Source: Candidatus Bathyarchaeota archaeon
GTDB lineage: Archaea; Thermoproteota; Bathyarchaeia; Bathyarchaeales; Bathycorpusculaceae
Length of the DNA stretch: 64,000 nucleotides
NCBI GenBank assembly: GCA_963806535.1
Contig: CAWDYC010000011.1
Coordinates: 64,001-128,000 of the forward strand
Reading direction: 5' to 3'
Shown here: piece by piece, positions 30,723 to 41,399 of the stretch
How positions within the stretch are numbered: position 1 is the first letter of the stretch
Layout of the letters: each line of letters opens with the position of its first letter
Program-made: the position numbers and the translations under genes
Notes under the pieces: model-generated
The model's database searches: none
Seen by the model: only the letters and a program-made list of their open reading frames with translations
What the model was told of the DNA's origin: nothing

Positions 30723-32275
30723 ATTGACGTTTGTGTTTTTTTTTGAAGTAAACCAACAAACCAGCAAATACAGCCATTAAACTAAGTAACATGGAAATTG
30801 TAAATGAAGGAAACTCTGGGATTGCGATTTCTGGAATTAGTAAGGGGTTCATGAGCGGAAAACGGTCTGTATTGTTATTGTAAATTACGTAGGGTGTGTC
30901 GCCTATTCCTGAGGCGTCAATTTCTGTGGCGTTCGGATACTTTGTTAGATAGTCGCTCCAGTAGTTCCCTGCTGTGCCATTGTCCCACGTGCTCACCGAT
31001 ATTGGGAGGACATTTGGAAAAGGCTCAAGAACGATGTCGAACCACTCTTTGGTGTTGTTTATGAAATTGTTGTTGTAAAGAATGTTGATTCCGCTATATT
31101 CAGTGTAGATGCCCGTGGCGCTGTTAGTTATGTTGTTTCTAGTTACGATGTTTGAAGCTGCTGCACCAAAGTAGATGCCGTTGCCGTTTCCTGTTATCAC
31201 ATTTGAGTCAATGACGTTGTTTGCGGAAAATGTGCCTAATCCCGCGCCCAAACCGATGCCATTTTCGTTATTTGCAATTATGTTTTTGCTTATTGTGTTG
31301 TTATTAGATGCATCTAAACTGACGCCAAACAGATTGTTTGAGAACGCGTTGTTAATTATTGTTGAGTTCTCGGTGGAACCCTAAGTATACGCCTTCAGCG
31401 TTGCCAGACAGGTTTAGGTTTGAGAGAGTTATGTTTGTACAACCTATGAGGGCAACGTATCCAGCGTCGATAGGAATGGACCTATCATGCTGGTTGACCC
31501 AATAATAGATTGGCTTACCATTCACCTTGTTTGAAGTGTCTACATCGACGCCTTTGAGGGCAGTAATTCCTTGAACATTAAAGACGTGGAAGCCGTAGGT
31601 GTTGCCGTTCAGAGTGTTATTTCTTAAAACACTGCCTGCGCCACCACCAACGAAAAAGCCGTACTTGTTATCCGTTAACGTGTTTCCAAAAACATTGGTG
31701 TTGGTGAAATATGTTAGTGTGATTCCTACATTATTGTTTGTAACGTCATTACCTGAAATGATGTTGTTCGAACCGGCGACTGCGCTCTCCAGTTCAATTC
31801 CCGATGTGTTGTTTAGCAAGTTGTTTTCAACGATTCTGTTGTTGGAAGACAATCCAGATATTTCGACGCCAATGAGGTTTCCTTTAAGATTATTTTTAGA
31901 GATTATACAGTTGTTAGAACCAGTAACGAGAATGCCGGCTCTTCCCAGAAATCCTTGAATTACTACGTTTCTCACTGTCACGTTACTTCTCCCTTCAATG
32001 TTTATTCCAACCAAGGTATCGCCGTTTGCTTGAAGAGTATGCCCTGCACCGTCGATTACAATATTGTTGGTTTGAACTAAAATGGTGCCGAAAATGTCAC
32101 CGTTAAAGGTGTATGTGTTTCCGTTTCTTTCAAGCAAGTTTGTGTTTGGTTCAACACTTCCATCAGGCTTAATTGTGAGGTTAAGCGGTTCTTGTGCCTT
32201 CACTTGTTGACTGACAGTTATGCATGATGATGTTAGGAAGAGAATAACAAACAGTAGAACGAAACCTTTACCCAT
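30718..32275 (-). CDS. NosD/CASH parallel beta-helix surface protein with PEF-CTERM-like tail (frameshift near 31375)
   Basis: IKPDGSV..IVIDGAGHTL, Asn-rich helix repeats, GKPIYYWVN, GNYWSDY..GIGDTPY..DRFPL, IPEFPS, TM and KKKHKR. Confidence 0.88.
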
Positions 32276-32308
32276 GTCACATCGAGTTCTACTTTGGAGT
32301 TTTTCGTA

Positions 32309-32378
32309 ATAAAAGGGTTCTCGTCAAGCTTTCTTGACTAAAAGGTTTACTGAGGTTAGTCAAGGATTATTGACTAAC
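32309..32378 (-). promoter_or_regulatory. Motif-A array copy 6 (long form) plus BRE/TATA
   Basis: Minus strand gttAGTCAA-taatcc-TTGACT-aacctc-AGTAAA-cctttt-AGTCAA-gaaagc-TTGACG-agaaccc-TTTTAT. Confidence 0.85.
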
Positions 32379-32419
32379 AATTTGTCAAATTATGCTAAAT
32401 TGCCTATTCTTGGAAATTT

Positions 32420-32599
32420 TTAAACTACATATTGGATTGGGAATACCTTAGCCCGTTTGGTTTCCTTAGGCTCTATTTGAGCATGGGCAAAAAGCCATTC
32501 AGAAAGCTTTTGGCATTCGTCGGGGTTACAGGAGAATCTTCTTGCTTTTTGATCCCATTTTTGGCAGAAGGAGCAGGGAATTTCCGAATTATTGTCCAT
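32420..32599 (-). CDS. Small four-Cys hypothetical protein
   Basis: MDNNSEIPCSFCQKWD...FSCNPDECQKLSEWL. Confidence 0.55.
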   Translation of the reverse strand: MDNNSEIPCSFCQKWDQKARRFSCNPDECQKLSEWLFAHAQIEPKETKRAKVFPIQYVV

Positions 32600-32961
32600 T
32601 GTAAACATAAATATGTTATTTGAAATTGATTTATCATTTATGAAGCAGAAATTAAGAGCATTATTCAAGATAAGTCTTAAATCCTCATAGCGGAAATAGA
32701 TTATAGGCAGAGTCAATGATTAATGAAGAAATTAGGAATGAAATCCATGAAGCTGTTATTGAAATCCTTGAAGCTGTAGTAAGGTTTGCGGAAAAAACAA
32801 AAATTGCTTTTAGAAAAATCACGACAAAGATTTAGTTAGGTTTTAGTTGAAAATTTACAGTTTTAGCGGTTTAGGGTTTTGCAGAACTTTTGCATAAGTA
32901 TGGTTAAAATAGGTTAAAAACCCTCTAAACAATAATTAAATGGGTTCCAACGAGGGCTACT

Positions 32962-33375
32962 ATGTATCAGCGGTTACTACTTTATTCTGATGGTGGGGCA
33001 AGAGGAAATCCTGGACCTGCCGCTACCGCTTATTTAGCCTTAACAGAAAAAGGTGAAACAGTGAAAGCGGATTCACATTTTATAGGCGAACACACAAACA
33101 ACCAAGCAGAATATAATGCGTTAATAGCGGCATTGGAGTTTGCAGCAACCAACAAAGTTGAAGAAGTCATATGCCACCTTGACAGCGAACTAGTTGCAAA
33201 ACAACTCAAAGGTGAATACAGAGTAAAAAATCTTGAACTGCAAAAACTGTGGCGGCGGGCACAAGAATTGAAAAGGTGCTTTAAAAAAATAAGTTTTGTA
33301 AATGTTCCAAGAACCAATGTTTACATCCAAAAGGCAGATGCTCTTGTGAATAAAACCCTTGATGAATTATCTTAA
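32962..33375 (+). CDS. rnhA: Ribonuclease HI
   Basis: DGGARGNPGP, TNNQAEY, DSELV, ADALVN. Confidence 0.92.
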   Translation: MYQRLLLYSDGGARGNPGPAATAYLALTEKGETVKADSHFIGEHTNNQAEYNALIAALEFAATNKVEEVICHLDSELVAKQLKGEYRVKNLELQKLWRRAQELKRCFKKISFVNVPRTNVYIQKADALVNKTLDELS

Positions 33376-33434
33376 AACAATTCTTACTAAAGTATTATAA
33401 CAAGGCTTGCTAACGTAAGCAATGGAAAAGTTGG

Positions 33435-33830
33435 GTGATGACTTTGTTTGTTCATACAAGTATTCGCACAAGCAACCTCGAGAGATCGATTGATTTTTAT
33501 TCAAGATTTTTTGGACTAAAAGTTCAGCGTAGAATGGAGATTAAGAAGAACAACGCTGAACTCGCTTTCCTTCAAGACCCAAAAGGCGAAGGTTGCACGC
33601 TTGAATTAACTTACCTGCGTGACCAAAAAAAGTTTACTCAGCCCGAATATGAAGAACGTTTGTTTGACCATTTAGCCTTCGAAGTTGCAGACATAAACAA
33701 AACCATTGCTGCCTTGCGAAAGGAAAACATCACACTTACAGATGAACCCTTTAACCTGAATTCTAAAACAACAATTGCTTTTATCGAGGACCCAGACGGA
33801 ACCCTGATTGAATTAATTGAGCGAAAATAA
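33435..33830 (+). CDS. VOC family protein / lactoylglutathione lyase
   Basis: HTSIR...SIDFY, LELTY, HLAFEV, FIEDPDG.LIELIE. Confidence 0.88.
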   Translation: MMTLFVHTSIRTSNLERSIDFYSRFFGLKVQRRMEIKKNNAELAFLQDPKGEGCTLELTYLRDQKKFTQPEYEERLFDHLAFEVADINKTIAALRKENITLTDEPFNLNSKTTIAFIEDPDGTLIELIERK

Positions 33831-33860
33831 GCTCATCATTCGTTTTCTGAGTTGAACAGC

Positions 33861-34526
33861 TTAGAACAACAATAGAAAGAAACATTTCCAAGACGCAAAA
33901 GATATTCTCAAATTAGCCTTAATATTTCCGCCAATCCTAGGGTTGTTGCGTCTAGGCGGCGGCTCATAAGAAACCTCGCCGATTCTAAAATCATTCTTTT
34001 TGGCAATAACCAGCAGCTCTCCACCAAAGGTTTCTCCACCTTTCAAATCAAATTTTGTGACTAATTCTTTTTTGAAAGCCCTAAAATTCGAGTAGAAATC
34101 AGAGACGCCAACCATTTTACCCAACGTTTTGGCCGCCCACTGTTCTGAAAACCTGGGAACAATCGTTCGTGACGCGTTTACAACGTCGAATTCTTCAAGT
34201 TTCTTAACAAGTGCAGGAATTAATTGGGGGCTATTCTCCAAGTCGGAATCAATTGTTACTATGATTGGGAACTTGGCGTATTTCATTCCATAAAGTAAGC
34301 CTTTGGTTTGTCCTTCCCTGACTTTGCCAACCGCGATATCGGCGTATTGTTTTGCAATATTTAGAGTTCCATCGGTTGAGCTGTCATCAACAACGATTAT
34401 TTCATTAGGCAAATCCTTGAGTGTTGATCGGACTCTGAGAATTAGCTCTTTAATGTTTTCTTTTTCATTCCAAGTAGTTGTAACAACGGATATGCCTTGA
34501 ACCATTTCACCGCAGACTCTTATCAA
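33861..34526 (-). CDS. GT2 glycosyltransferase (DPM1-like)
   Basis: WNEKENI, IVVDDSSTDGT, IDSDL. Confidence 0.88.
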   Translation of the reverse strand: MIRVCGEMVQGISVVTTTWNEKENIKELILRVRSTLKDLPNEIIVVDDSSTDGTLNIAKQYADIAVGKVREGQTKGLLYGMKYAKFPIIVTIDSDLENSPQLIPALVKKLEEFDVVNASRTIVPRFSEQWAAKTLGKMVGVSDFYSNFRAFKKELVTKFDLKGGETFGGELLVIAKKNDFRIGEVSYEPPPRRNNPRIGGNIKANLRISFASWKCFFLLLF

Positions 34527-34722
34527 TAGCCATACTAATCAAAGTTATAAGTTGCCTGCAGAAATTACCTGAAAAATGATTTAGAATTTTGGTTTTTCGG
34601 AGTTTCTTGAATTTTTACGTCGTATTTCCATCTATAAAAGACACGGAAACTTAAAATAATTGGAAGGACTGATGTGTTAACCGAATTCATAAAATTAGGT
34701 AAGATTAATAGAGGATGAAAAA

Positions 34723-36027
34723 ATGAGTAAATCAGACAAACCCCACTTAAACATTATAATCATGGGGCACGTTGACGCGGGAAAATCCACAACAACTGGC
34801 CACTTACTTTACTTAGCAGGCGCAATCGACGAGCGGACAATCAAAGCCTTTGAAGAAGAAGCCGAAAAAATGGGCAAAGGAACATTCAAATTCGCTTGGG
34901 TTCTCGACAACCTTAAGGAAGAACGGGAAAGAGGAGTTACCATTGACCTTCGATTCCTACAGTTCCAAACCAAAAAATACAATTTCACAGTCATCGATGC
35001 ACCAGGACACAGAGACTTCGTCAAAAACATGATCACAGGCGCAAGCCAAGCTGATGCAGCCGTACTCTTCGTCTCAGCCAAAAAAGGCGAGTTTGAAGCA
35101 GGCATCGGTGCAGGTGGTCAAACACGAGAGCACGCATTTTTAGCATTCACTTTAGGCATTCGCCAACTTATCGTTGCAGTAAACAAACAGGATGATATCT
35201 CTGTTAATTACAGCAAAGAAAGGTATGAAGAAATAAAGAATGAAGTTTCAAGAATGCTTCGAATGGTAGGTTTCAAAGTCGATAAAATCAACTTTATACC
35301 AGTTTCAGGATGGACAGGTGAAAACCTGCTCAAGAAAGCTGAAAAGTTACCATGGTACACCGGTCCAACCTTAATGGAAGGATTAGACCTACTAGAACTA
35401 CCACCTAAACCAACTAACAAGCCTCTTCGCGTACCAATCCAAGACGTTTACAGCATCACAGGAATCGGCACAGTTCCAGTCGGCAGAGTAGAAACAGGTC
35501 TACTTAAAGCAGGCCAAAACTTAATTTTCATGCCAAGCAACAAAACAGGCGAAGTTAAATCATTAGAAATGCACCATACAATGATTCCAGTAGCTGAACC
35601 AGGCGACAACATAGGCATGAACGTAAGAGGCATAGCAAAAACCGACGTTCACCGTGGAGACGTAGCAGGAACAGTCGACAACCCACCAACAGTAGCAAAA
35701 GAATTCATTGGCCAAATCATTGTAATTTACCACCCAACAGCAATCGCAGCCGGATACACACCAGTACTCCACTATCACACAGGACAAATCGCAGTCAGAT
35801 TCACAGAACTAATAAAGAAAATTGACCCACGCACAGGACAAGTAACCGAAGAACACCCAAGCTTCCTCAAAACTGGAGACGCTGCATGGGTACGAATGGA
35901 ACCATTACACCCAATCGCAGTTGAAGCTTACACAGACTTTCCAGAGCTAGGACGATTCGCGGTAAGAGACATGGGCACAACAGTGGCAGCAGGCGTTATC
36001 AAAGAAGTAACCAAAAAGGGACCATAA
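34723..36027 (+). CDS. tuf: Translation elongation factor EF-1alpha
   Basis: [49 protein letters not shown]. Confidence 0.98.
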   Translation: MSKSDKPHLNIIIMGHVDAGKSTTTGHLLYLAGAIDERTIKAFEEEAEKMGKGTFKFAWVLDNLKEERERGVTIDLRFLQFQTKKYNFTVIDAPGHRDFVKNMITGASQADAAVLFVSAKKGEFEAGIGAGGQTREHAFLAFTLGIRQLIVAVNKQDDISVNYSKERYEEIKNEVSRMLRMVGFKVDKINFIPVSGWTGENLLKKAEKLPWYTGPTLMEGLDLLELPPKPTNKPLRVPIQDVYSITGIGTVPVGRVETGLLKAGQNLIFMPSNKTGEVKSLEMHHTMIPVAEPGDNIGMNVRGIAKTDVHRGDVAGTVDNPPTVAKEFIGQIIVIYHPTAIAAGYTPVLHYHTGQIAVRFTELIKKIDPRTGQVTEEHPSFLKTGDAAWVRMEPLHPIAVEAYTDFPELGRFAVRDMGTTVAAGVIKEVTKKGP

Positions 36028-36505
36028 ACCCTTTCCATTTTATTTTTGTTCAATTATTTTTTCGTATTAATTCTATAAAATGAATCGTTTCTGAAATACC
36101 TAATTAAATTCTTAGTCCATTAATTTAATAATGAATGACATTTGTTGTTGTGCCGTTACAATCACAACTACGTATATTCTATGTTTCCGAGTGAGCTACA
36201 TGAGGCGAGGGTTTATGGGTAATCAACATAAGAAATCCAGATTGCATAAGAACCTTTACGAAGCTGAAACAGAAAGTTTTCGCATAGAACCCGCGAATAT
36301 ATCATTAAAAGACATGCCTTTAGAAACGAGACGCAAAGAAGCAAACAAACCATTGTTCCTAGTAAGATATGAATAATTCAACGTAGAAGAACTTCATATA
36401 TCAACGTTTTTTATTTGAAACCCTGAAATAATAAAATAGCAAAAACGAGATTATTCCTCGGTAACTTTTGGCCATGGATAAACTAAAATACTTGATTGAT
36501 TCAAA

Positions 36506-37240
36506 ATGACCTTTGAGTTTCATATGTTTAGAAACACCAAATCTAAAGAAATCAGCGATTTCTATGCTTTACCGCTGAAAAAAAACGAAGTCGCAGTATT
36601 TTATTTAGGGGTTTCCGGCATTATCGCCAGAACAAATAATCAGGCGGTGCTAATTGACCCTGCGGGGCTCCTCAAAAAAGATGAGATATTAGCCCTTAAA
36701 AAAATCAATTTACTGTTATTTACACATGACCATTTCGACCATTTCAATGGCGGTGCAACTCAGGCTATTTTTAAAGCAACTGCAGCCTCTATATTGGCTG
36801 AATCCAAAGTAGCAAAAAAACTAAACGGAAAAATACCTCCTGAGAAACTCATAATTGCAGAAAACAAAAAAAACTACAACTTCGGCGACCTATCTGTAAC
36901 AGCTATTGAAGGAGTCCACCGTGGTCCAATAATGCTCTACCAAATAAGAATGGACAGAATCACCTTGTTTCATGGGGGCGACTCAGGATATGTGCCTCTC
37001 AAAGACTACCGTTCTGACATTGCGTTTGTTCCAACAGGAAGAATGTCGCCGACGGCCTCACCAGAAAACGCCTACAAGATGGTTGCTGACCTCAAATCAA
37101 CCACATCCGTAACTATGCATGGGTCAGAAAAACAGAAAAAGCAACTCCAGCAAAAAGTTAAAGAAAGCATGCCCCAAACTAAGGTTGTAATAATGCAGGC
37201 ATATACAATGGAAACTTTAAGCGTCAAAACTGAAGATTAG
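36506..37240 (+). CDS. Metallo-beta-lactamase fold hydrolase
   Basis: THDHFDH, FHGGDSG, MHG. Confidence 0.85.
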   Translation: MTFEFHMFRNTKSKEISDFYALPLKKNEVAVFYLGVSGIIARTNNQAVLIDPAGLLKKDEILALKKINLLLFTHDHFDHFNGGATQAIFKATAASILAESKVAKKLNGKIPPEKLIIAENKKNYNFGDLSVTAIEGVHRGPIMLYQIRMDRITLFHGGDSGYVPLKDYRSDIAFVPTGRMSPTASPENAYKMVADLKSTTSVTMHGSEKQKKQLQQKVKESMPQTKVVIMQAYTMETLSVKTED

Positions 37241-37403
37241 AAATCTGAGCTAGCGCGATAGATGTTCTGATAAATATGTAGACGCGGAAATTCTTGATCA
37301 TTTTAGATAATGCCTGTTTTTAACCCATGGTCCTGCAAAATGATTTAAGAATCGAAAATAACATTAATTGCTTTTATATAACGGCAACTTGAGAGTTGAC
37401 TAC

Positions 37404-38129
37404 ATGTCTGGTACTGAAACGCTGGTTCCCTTCATGAATGATAAAAAGAAGAATGGTGAAGAACCAACCATAATAGTGGATAGTCGGGAAGCAAGCAGTG
37501 CAGAAAAAATTGTTAAGGGCCTAGTTGAACGGGGCGTCAAAATTAAGAGTATGCTACTTGAAAGAGGCGACTACATTCTTTCTGATGAATGTGCTGTTGA
37601 ACGCAAAACCGTTAGCGATTTTGTTTATACATTAACAAGGCGTTACCTTTTTGAACAGATTTTCGCTCTTAAAGATGCTTACCCCAAATCACTTGTCGTG
37701 CTTGAGGGCTACCTGCCAATCATTTACAAGTACAGTAACATTCAACCCAGCGCAGTTTGGGGAGCAATGTTTAACCTCGCTAAAAACGGCGTTTCCCTAG
37801 TTAACACTTCCTCCTACAAAGAAACAATAGATTTTCTTTACACAGCTGCTCGACAAGAGCAAATTGTTGAGAAAAGAAGTCCTATGGTTCATGCTTTTAA
37901 AAAATGCGAGACATTATCCGATTCTCAGATCTACTTTGTTGCGAGTTTGCCAAATATTGGAAGAGAAAAAGCCGTGGCCATTTTGGATGCTTATCAAACG
38001 CCGATGAATGCTTTAATTAATGTGGATGATTGGTCGAAGGCTGTGCATGGTCTTGGTCCCGTGATTACTAACAAAGTGAAAGAGGTTATTGCAACACCTT
38101 ACAAAGAGAAGCCTTGCGAAGACTCTTGA
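37404..38129 (+). CDS. xpf: ERCC4/XPF-family structure-specific nuclease (short form; start uncertain)
   Basis: IIVDSRE, GDYI...AVERKT..DF, HhH SLPNIG. Confidence 0.88.
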   Translation: MSGTETLVPFMNDKKKNGEEPTIIVDSREASSAEKIVKGLVERGVKIKSMLLERGDYILSDECAVERKTVSDFVYTLTRRYLFEQIFALKDAYPKSLVVLEGYLPIIYKYSNIQPSAVWGAMFNLAKNGVSLVNTSSYKETIDFLYTAARQEQIVEKRSPMVHAFKKCETLSDSQIYFVASLPNIGREKAVAILDAYQTPMNALINVDDWSKAVHGLGPVITNKVKEVIATPYKEKPCEDS

Positions 38130-38183
38130 GTCTAACTAAACAAGATTTAAATGCTAAATGACACAATATAGTACGCGGTTGAT

Positions 38184-38783
38184 ATGAATAAATTAAAGAT
38201 CGCGTTAACCCTGCTTACAGTTGCAATTATTGTTGGTCCTTTTGCATATGTACTGATTGCTTATCATGACAATTTGACTGGTCTAGTTGTGCCTCCTCAA
38301 TTTTCTAGTTTAACCCAAAGTATAGGTCAAAATTCTGGACAAAATCCATCATCTTCCTCATCTAACCCGATTAATATAACCGGATCTAATTTTCAAATCC
38401 CACAAGTGGTAGGCACACCGCAATACAATCCATCTACAGGAGACTTTAACGTAGCAATAAACGCAACAAACCCCTTGCCCAACGAAATTTCCGTGGACAA
38501 CTTATCTGTGGAAATCCAGTCAAAAGACGGCAGCGGCTTAATGGGCAACATTTCAATCCCTCAAGCAATCAATATTCAACCTGGAGAAAGTTCAATAATC
38601 AATGTTGAGGGCGTAATACCTCAACAATTGTATAATCAAATTAACGGTCAAAACACAGGCAACATAGACTTTAACAATATTTTGCTCAAAAACCTCGACG
38701 TTACGGTGGGTGGAGTTAAAGTCCATATTGATCAAGTTGATCCAGCAACTATTCAATCAGCATTAGGTGGATTACAGCCATGA
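38184..38783 (+). CDS. Membrane-anchored exported hypothetical protein
   Basis: N-terminal TM followed by an Asn/Gln-rich beta domain. Confidence 0.7.
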   Translation: MNKLKIALTLLTVAIIVGPFAYVLIAYHDNLTGLVVPPQFSSLTQSIGQNSGQNPSSSSSNPINITGSNFQIPQVVGTPQYNPSTGDFNVAINATNPLPNEISVDNLSVEIQSKDGSGLMGNISIPQAINIQPGESSIINVEGVIPQQLYNQINGQNTGNIDFNNILLKNLDVTVGGVKVHIDQVDPATIQSALGGLQP

Positions 38784-39382
38784 AAAAACGCATTAACTGG
38801 TTCGGACTTGCCGCAGGAATAATCACAATAATAGTTCTTGCCGTTTCCCTATTCGTTCCATGGTGGCAGTTGACGATTGGAGACAAGTTGATGCAGGTTA
38901 ATGCTTCACCTATGAACACAAATTTCGGTCTACTTGATCTTCATTTCACAGTACCCTTACTTTGGGCTTGGAACCTTGTTACCGTACTTATTTTCGTCTC
39001 CGCAGGCGTGGCAATGTTGTTTTACTCGATTTTCCCAACGAAATCTTATGCGAAAGAGATTCTTGGATTCGCGTACAAAAAACCACTATACATTCTGTTA
39101 TCATTCTTCCTTGGATTAATAGTAATGGTTTTCATAGCTGGCGCACTCGGTTTTAGCGTTCCAGTCGTTGGCACATCAAACATTGCAATACCATCAACTT
39201 TCATACCTACTGGTTTGAGCATAAGCGCTTTGGTTTCAGCTGGCTTTCAATTGCCATTCTATCTTGGCATAGCAGCCGCCGCTCTGAGTATCGCTGCCAG
39301 ATTATACCATGGAAGAATTGCGCAACCATCAACAGCTACTGCGAATGCTACCGTGCCGACAATAGCAACGATAAACAAATAA
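38780..39382 (+). CDS. Four-TM membrane protein
   Basis: SLFVPWW and hydrophobic helices; ATGA overlap with the previous gene. Confidence 0.75.
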   Translation: MKKRINWFGLAAGIITIIVLAVSLFVPWWQLTIGDKLMQVNASPMNTNFGLLDLHFTVPLLWAWNLVTVLIFVSAGVAMLFYSIFPTKSYAKEILGFAYKKPLYILLSFFLGLIVMVFIAGALGFSVPVVGTSNIAIPSTFIPTGLSISALVSAGFQLPFYLGIAAAALSIAARLYHGRIAQPSTATANATVPTIATINK

Positions 39383-39490
39383 CGTCCCGAACAAACTTTA
39401 ATTTTTTTAAAGCTACATTTTAACCGTTAAAGTTTAAAGGTTAGCCAACATTATTTTATGAAGCCGCAAAAAGAGAAAAACAAATTTGAA

Positions 39491-39568
39491 GGGGCTGTCG
39501 GCTAGCTTGGTCCAGGCTTGTAGCCTCGGGCGTTATAGACGAGAGTTCAAATCTCTCCAGCCCCACCA
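39491..39568 (+). tRNA. tRNA-Pro(CGG)
   Basis: Acceptor stem GGGGCTG/CAGCCCC, anticodon loop CT-CGG-GC (39527-39529), T-arm GAGAG-TTCAAAT-CTCTC, encoded CCA, no intron. Confidence 0.92.
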
Positions 39569-39605
39569 ATCCACTATCGTGACAAATAAACTAAACAAAG
39601 ATTCT

Positions 39606-41399
39606 TCATTTTGTGGAAACAAGAGAAAATGTATGGTTTAAATCAACGCAGAAATCTATGGGAGAGTCAAACTCGTTTTTCGATCGTTTAATTGGCAATA
39701 TAACGGTAAATGTCGTTCCCTTTCCCATTGTAGTTTCAACTGTAATTTTGCCTCCATGAGCCTCCACAATTCGCTTACATATTGCTAAGCTCATCCCCAT
39801 TCCCTTAGCCTTGGTAGTTACAAGAGGCGAAAAAATTTTAGACATAATGTTCGGAGGGATGCCTGTTCCAGAATCGGTAAATGATGTTTCTACGTTGGGT
39901 CCTTTCAGAACAGTTTCTATTTGGATGACTCCTTTTTCTAAAGTGGCATCTATAGCATTTTTTATTATGTGGGTAAATGTGTTTTCTATTCTGGGTACGT
40001 CAAGGAACATTGCGAAGTCTTCTGATGCATTATTTACTAAATTGATTCTTTCTGGAATCTTAATTTTGGACAACGCATGAATTACAAGAGATTTAGGCGT
40101 GCACTGTTCTGGCTCTAAATTAAGTTCGCTTGAATAATCTATTATGCTAGTTATAATTCTGTCCGCATCTTCAACAGCATTATCAATTGTCGCTAAAACC
40201 TGGTCTCTTTCCTTTTCTGTCATCCGGTCGCTTTTCTTTTTCATAATATACGCGCAGTTTTTGATGCCAGCTAATGGATTCCGAAGGTCATGTCCAATTT
40301 GCCCAGCCAGTTCACCAATTGAAGCAAGCCTTTCTGCTTTGACAAGCCTTTCTTCCATGGTTATGCGTTCTGTAATATCACGAATAACACATGCTAGTCC
40401 AATAGTTCTTCCTGTTCTGCTTTTTACAGTGGAACCTGAAAATAAAACATGTTTATTTTCTCCAGATTTTGTTACAAGCATTAATTCACGATTTCTTATT
40501 ATCCCCTTTTCTGCTAATTCAGTTAAGACATTTTCACAATTTATTTCTTCATTTTCGGCGCATAATGTCATGATTGATTGGCCAGTCAATTCCTCTGGTG
40601 AACAACCAATAAAATTGACTAGCCGTTCATTTACCCTGAGCATTTTAGTATTTATGTCAGCGAGAATAAGCGGATCTGGGATAGCTGAAAGAATATTTTC
40701 AGCTGCTAATGCAGCATCAAAAGTAAATAATTCAAATTTCAAAATAGCATATCCAACTAAACCGCTGAAAAACAATGTAGCGATAATTCCAAAATTAGGA
40801 ACTCCAATGTTAAACGATCGAGCCAACATGTTTGTTGTAATGAAAGTGGCTATAGGAATGGCAAAGCCAACCGTGACATATTTTCTCTGCTGTCTTTGCT
40901 CCGCGTCTTTTGCCTTAGCATAATACCTGAAACAGAAGAAAAAGGCTAAAATTGGCAATATTGCTGACCAAGCTGTCGAGACAATATAGACCCATGTTCC
41001 TGAAGCTGGGTCATTGTATCCCCAATACTGCAAAACGGGAGGACCATTTATTAGGTTGGTGAATAGGTCGATTATACAAAATGCCGCCGCAGGCAAATAC
41101 AAAACTAAATAATTTAACTTGTTTTTTAGCCATTTGCTCTCGGTAAAAACCAACGCAAAATTAAATGTTGCTGCGACAAAAAAAGGCCATACCATTCCTG
41201 CTTTATTCCATAAAGAAGCGGTTTCAAAGTTGCCAGCTGCCCACATCATAACCGTTGAGAATGAATACCAAAAAGTTGCGAGAACCGCCAAAAGAAACAT
41301 TCTGTTAAGAATAGATTTCCTATTGAAAGAATACACTATAATGCCTAAGCAAAGACACACTATACTTGAACAAAGAGAAAGCCAAATGAAAAGATTCAT
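39606..41399 (-). CDS. Histidine kinase, 7TM-PAS-HisKA-HATPase
   Basis: Multi-TM N-terminus, PAS, GHDLRNPL, DSGTGI, GMGMSL. Confidence 0.9.
   Translation of the reverse strand: MNLFIWLSLCSSIVCLCLGIIVYSFNRKSILNRMFLLAVLATFWYSFSTVMMWAAGNFETASLWNKAGMVWPFFVAATFNFALVFTESKWLKNKLNYLVLYLPAAAFCIIDLFTNLINGPPVLQYWGYNDPASGTWVYIVSTAWSAILPILAFFFCFRYYAKAKDAEQRQQRKYVTVGFAIPIATFITTNMLARSFNIGVPNFGIIATLFFSGLVGYAILKFELFTFDAALAAENILSAIPDPLILADINTKMLRVNERLVNFIGCSPEELTGQSIMTLCAENEEINCENVLTELAEKGIIRNRELMLVTKSGENKHVLFSGSTVKSRTGRTIGLACVIRDITERITMEERLVKAERLASIGELAGQIGHDLRNPLAGIKNCAYIMKKKSDRMTEKERDQVLATIDNAVEDADRIITSIIDYSSELNLEPEQCTPKSLVIHALSKIKIPERINLVNNASEDFAMFLDVPRIENTFTHIIKNAIDATLEKGVIQIETVLKGPNVETSFTDSGTGIPPNIMSKIFSPLVTTKAKGMGMSLAICKRIVEAHGGKITVETTMGKGTTFTVILPIKRSKNEFDSPIDFCVDLNHTFSLVSTK

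Noticed and set aside
1978-32378. Motif A or palindrome C as CRISPR repeats
   Set aside because: Copies are dispersed and separated by whole genes rather than 30-45 bp spacers; no cas genes.
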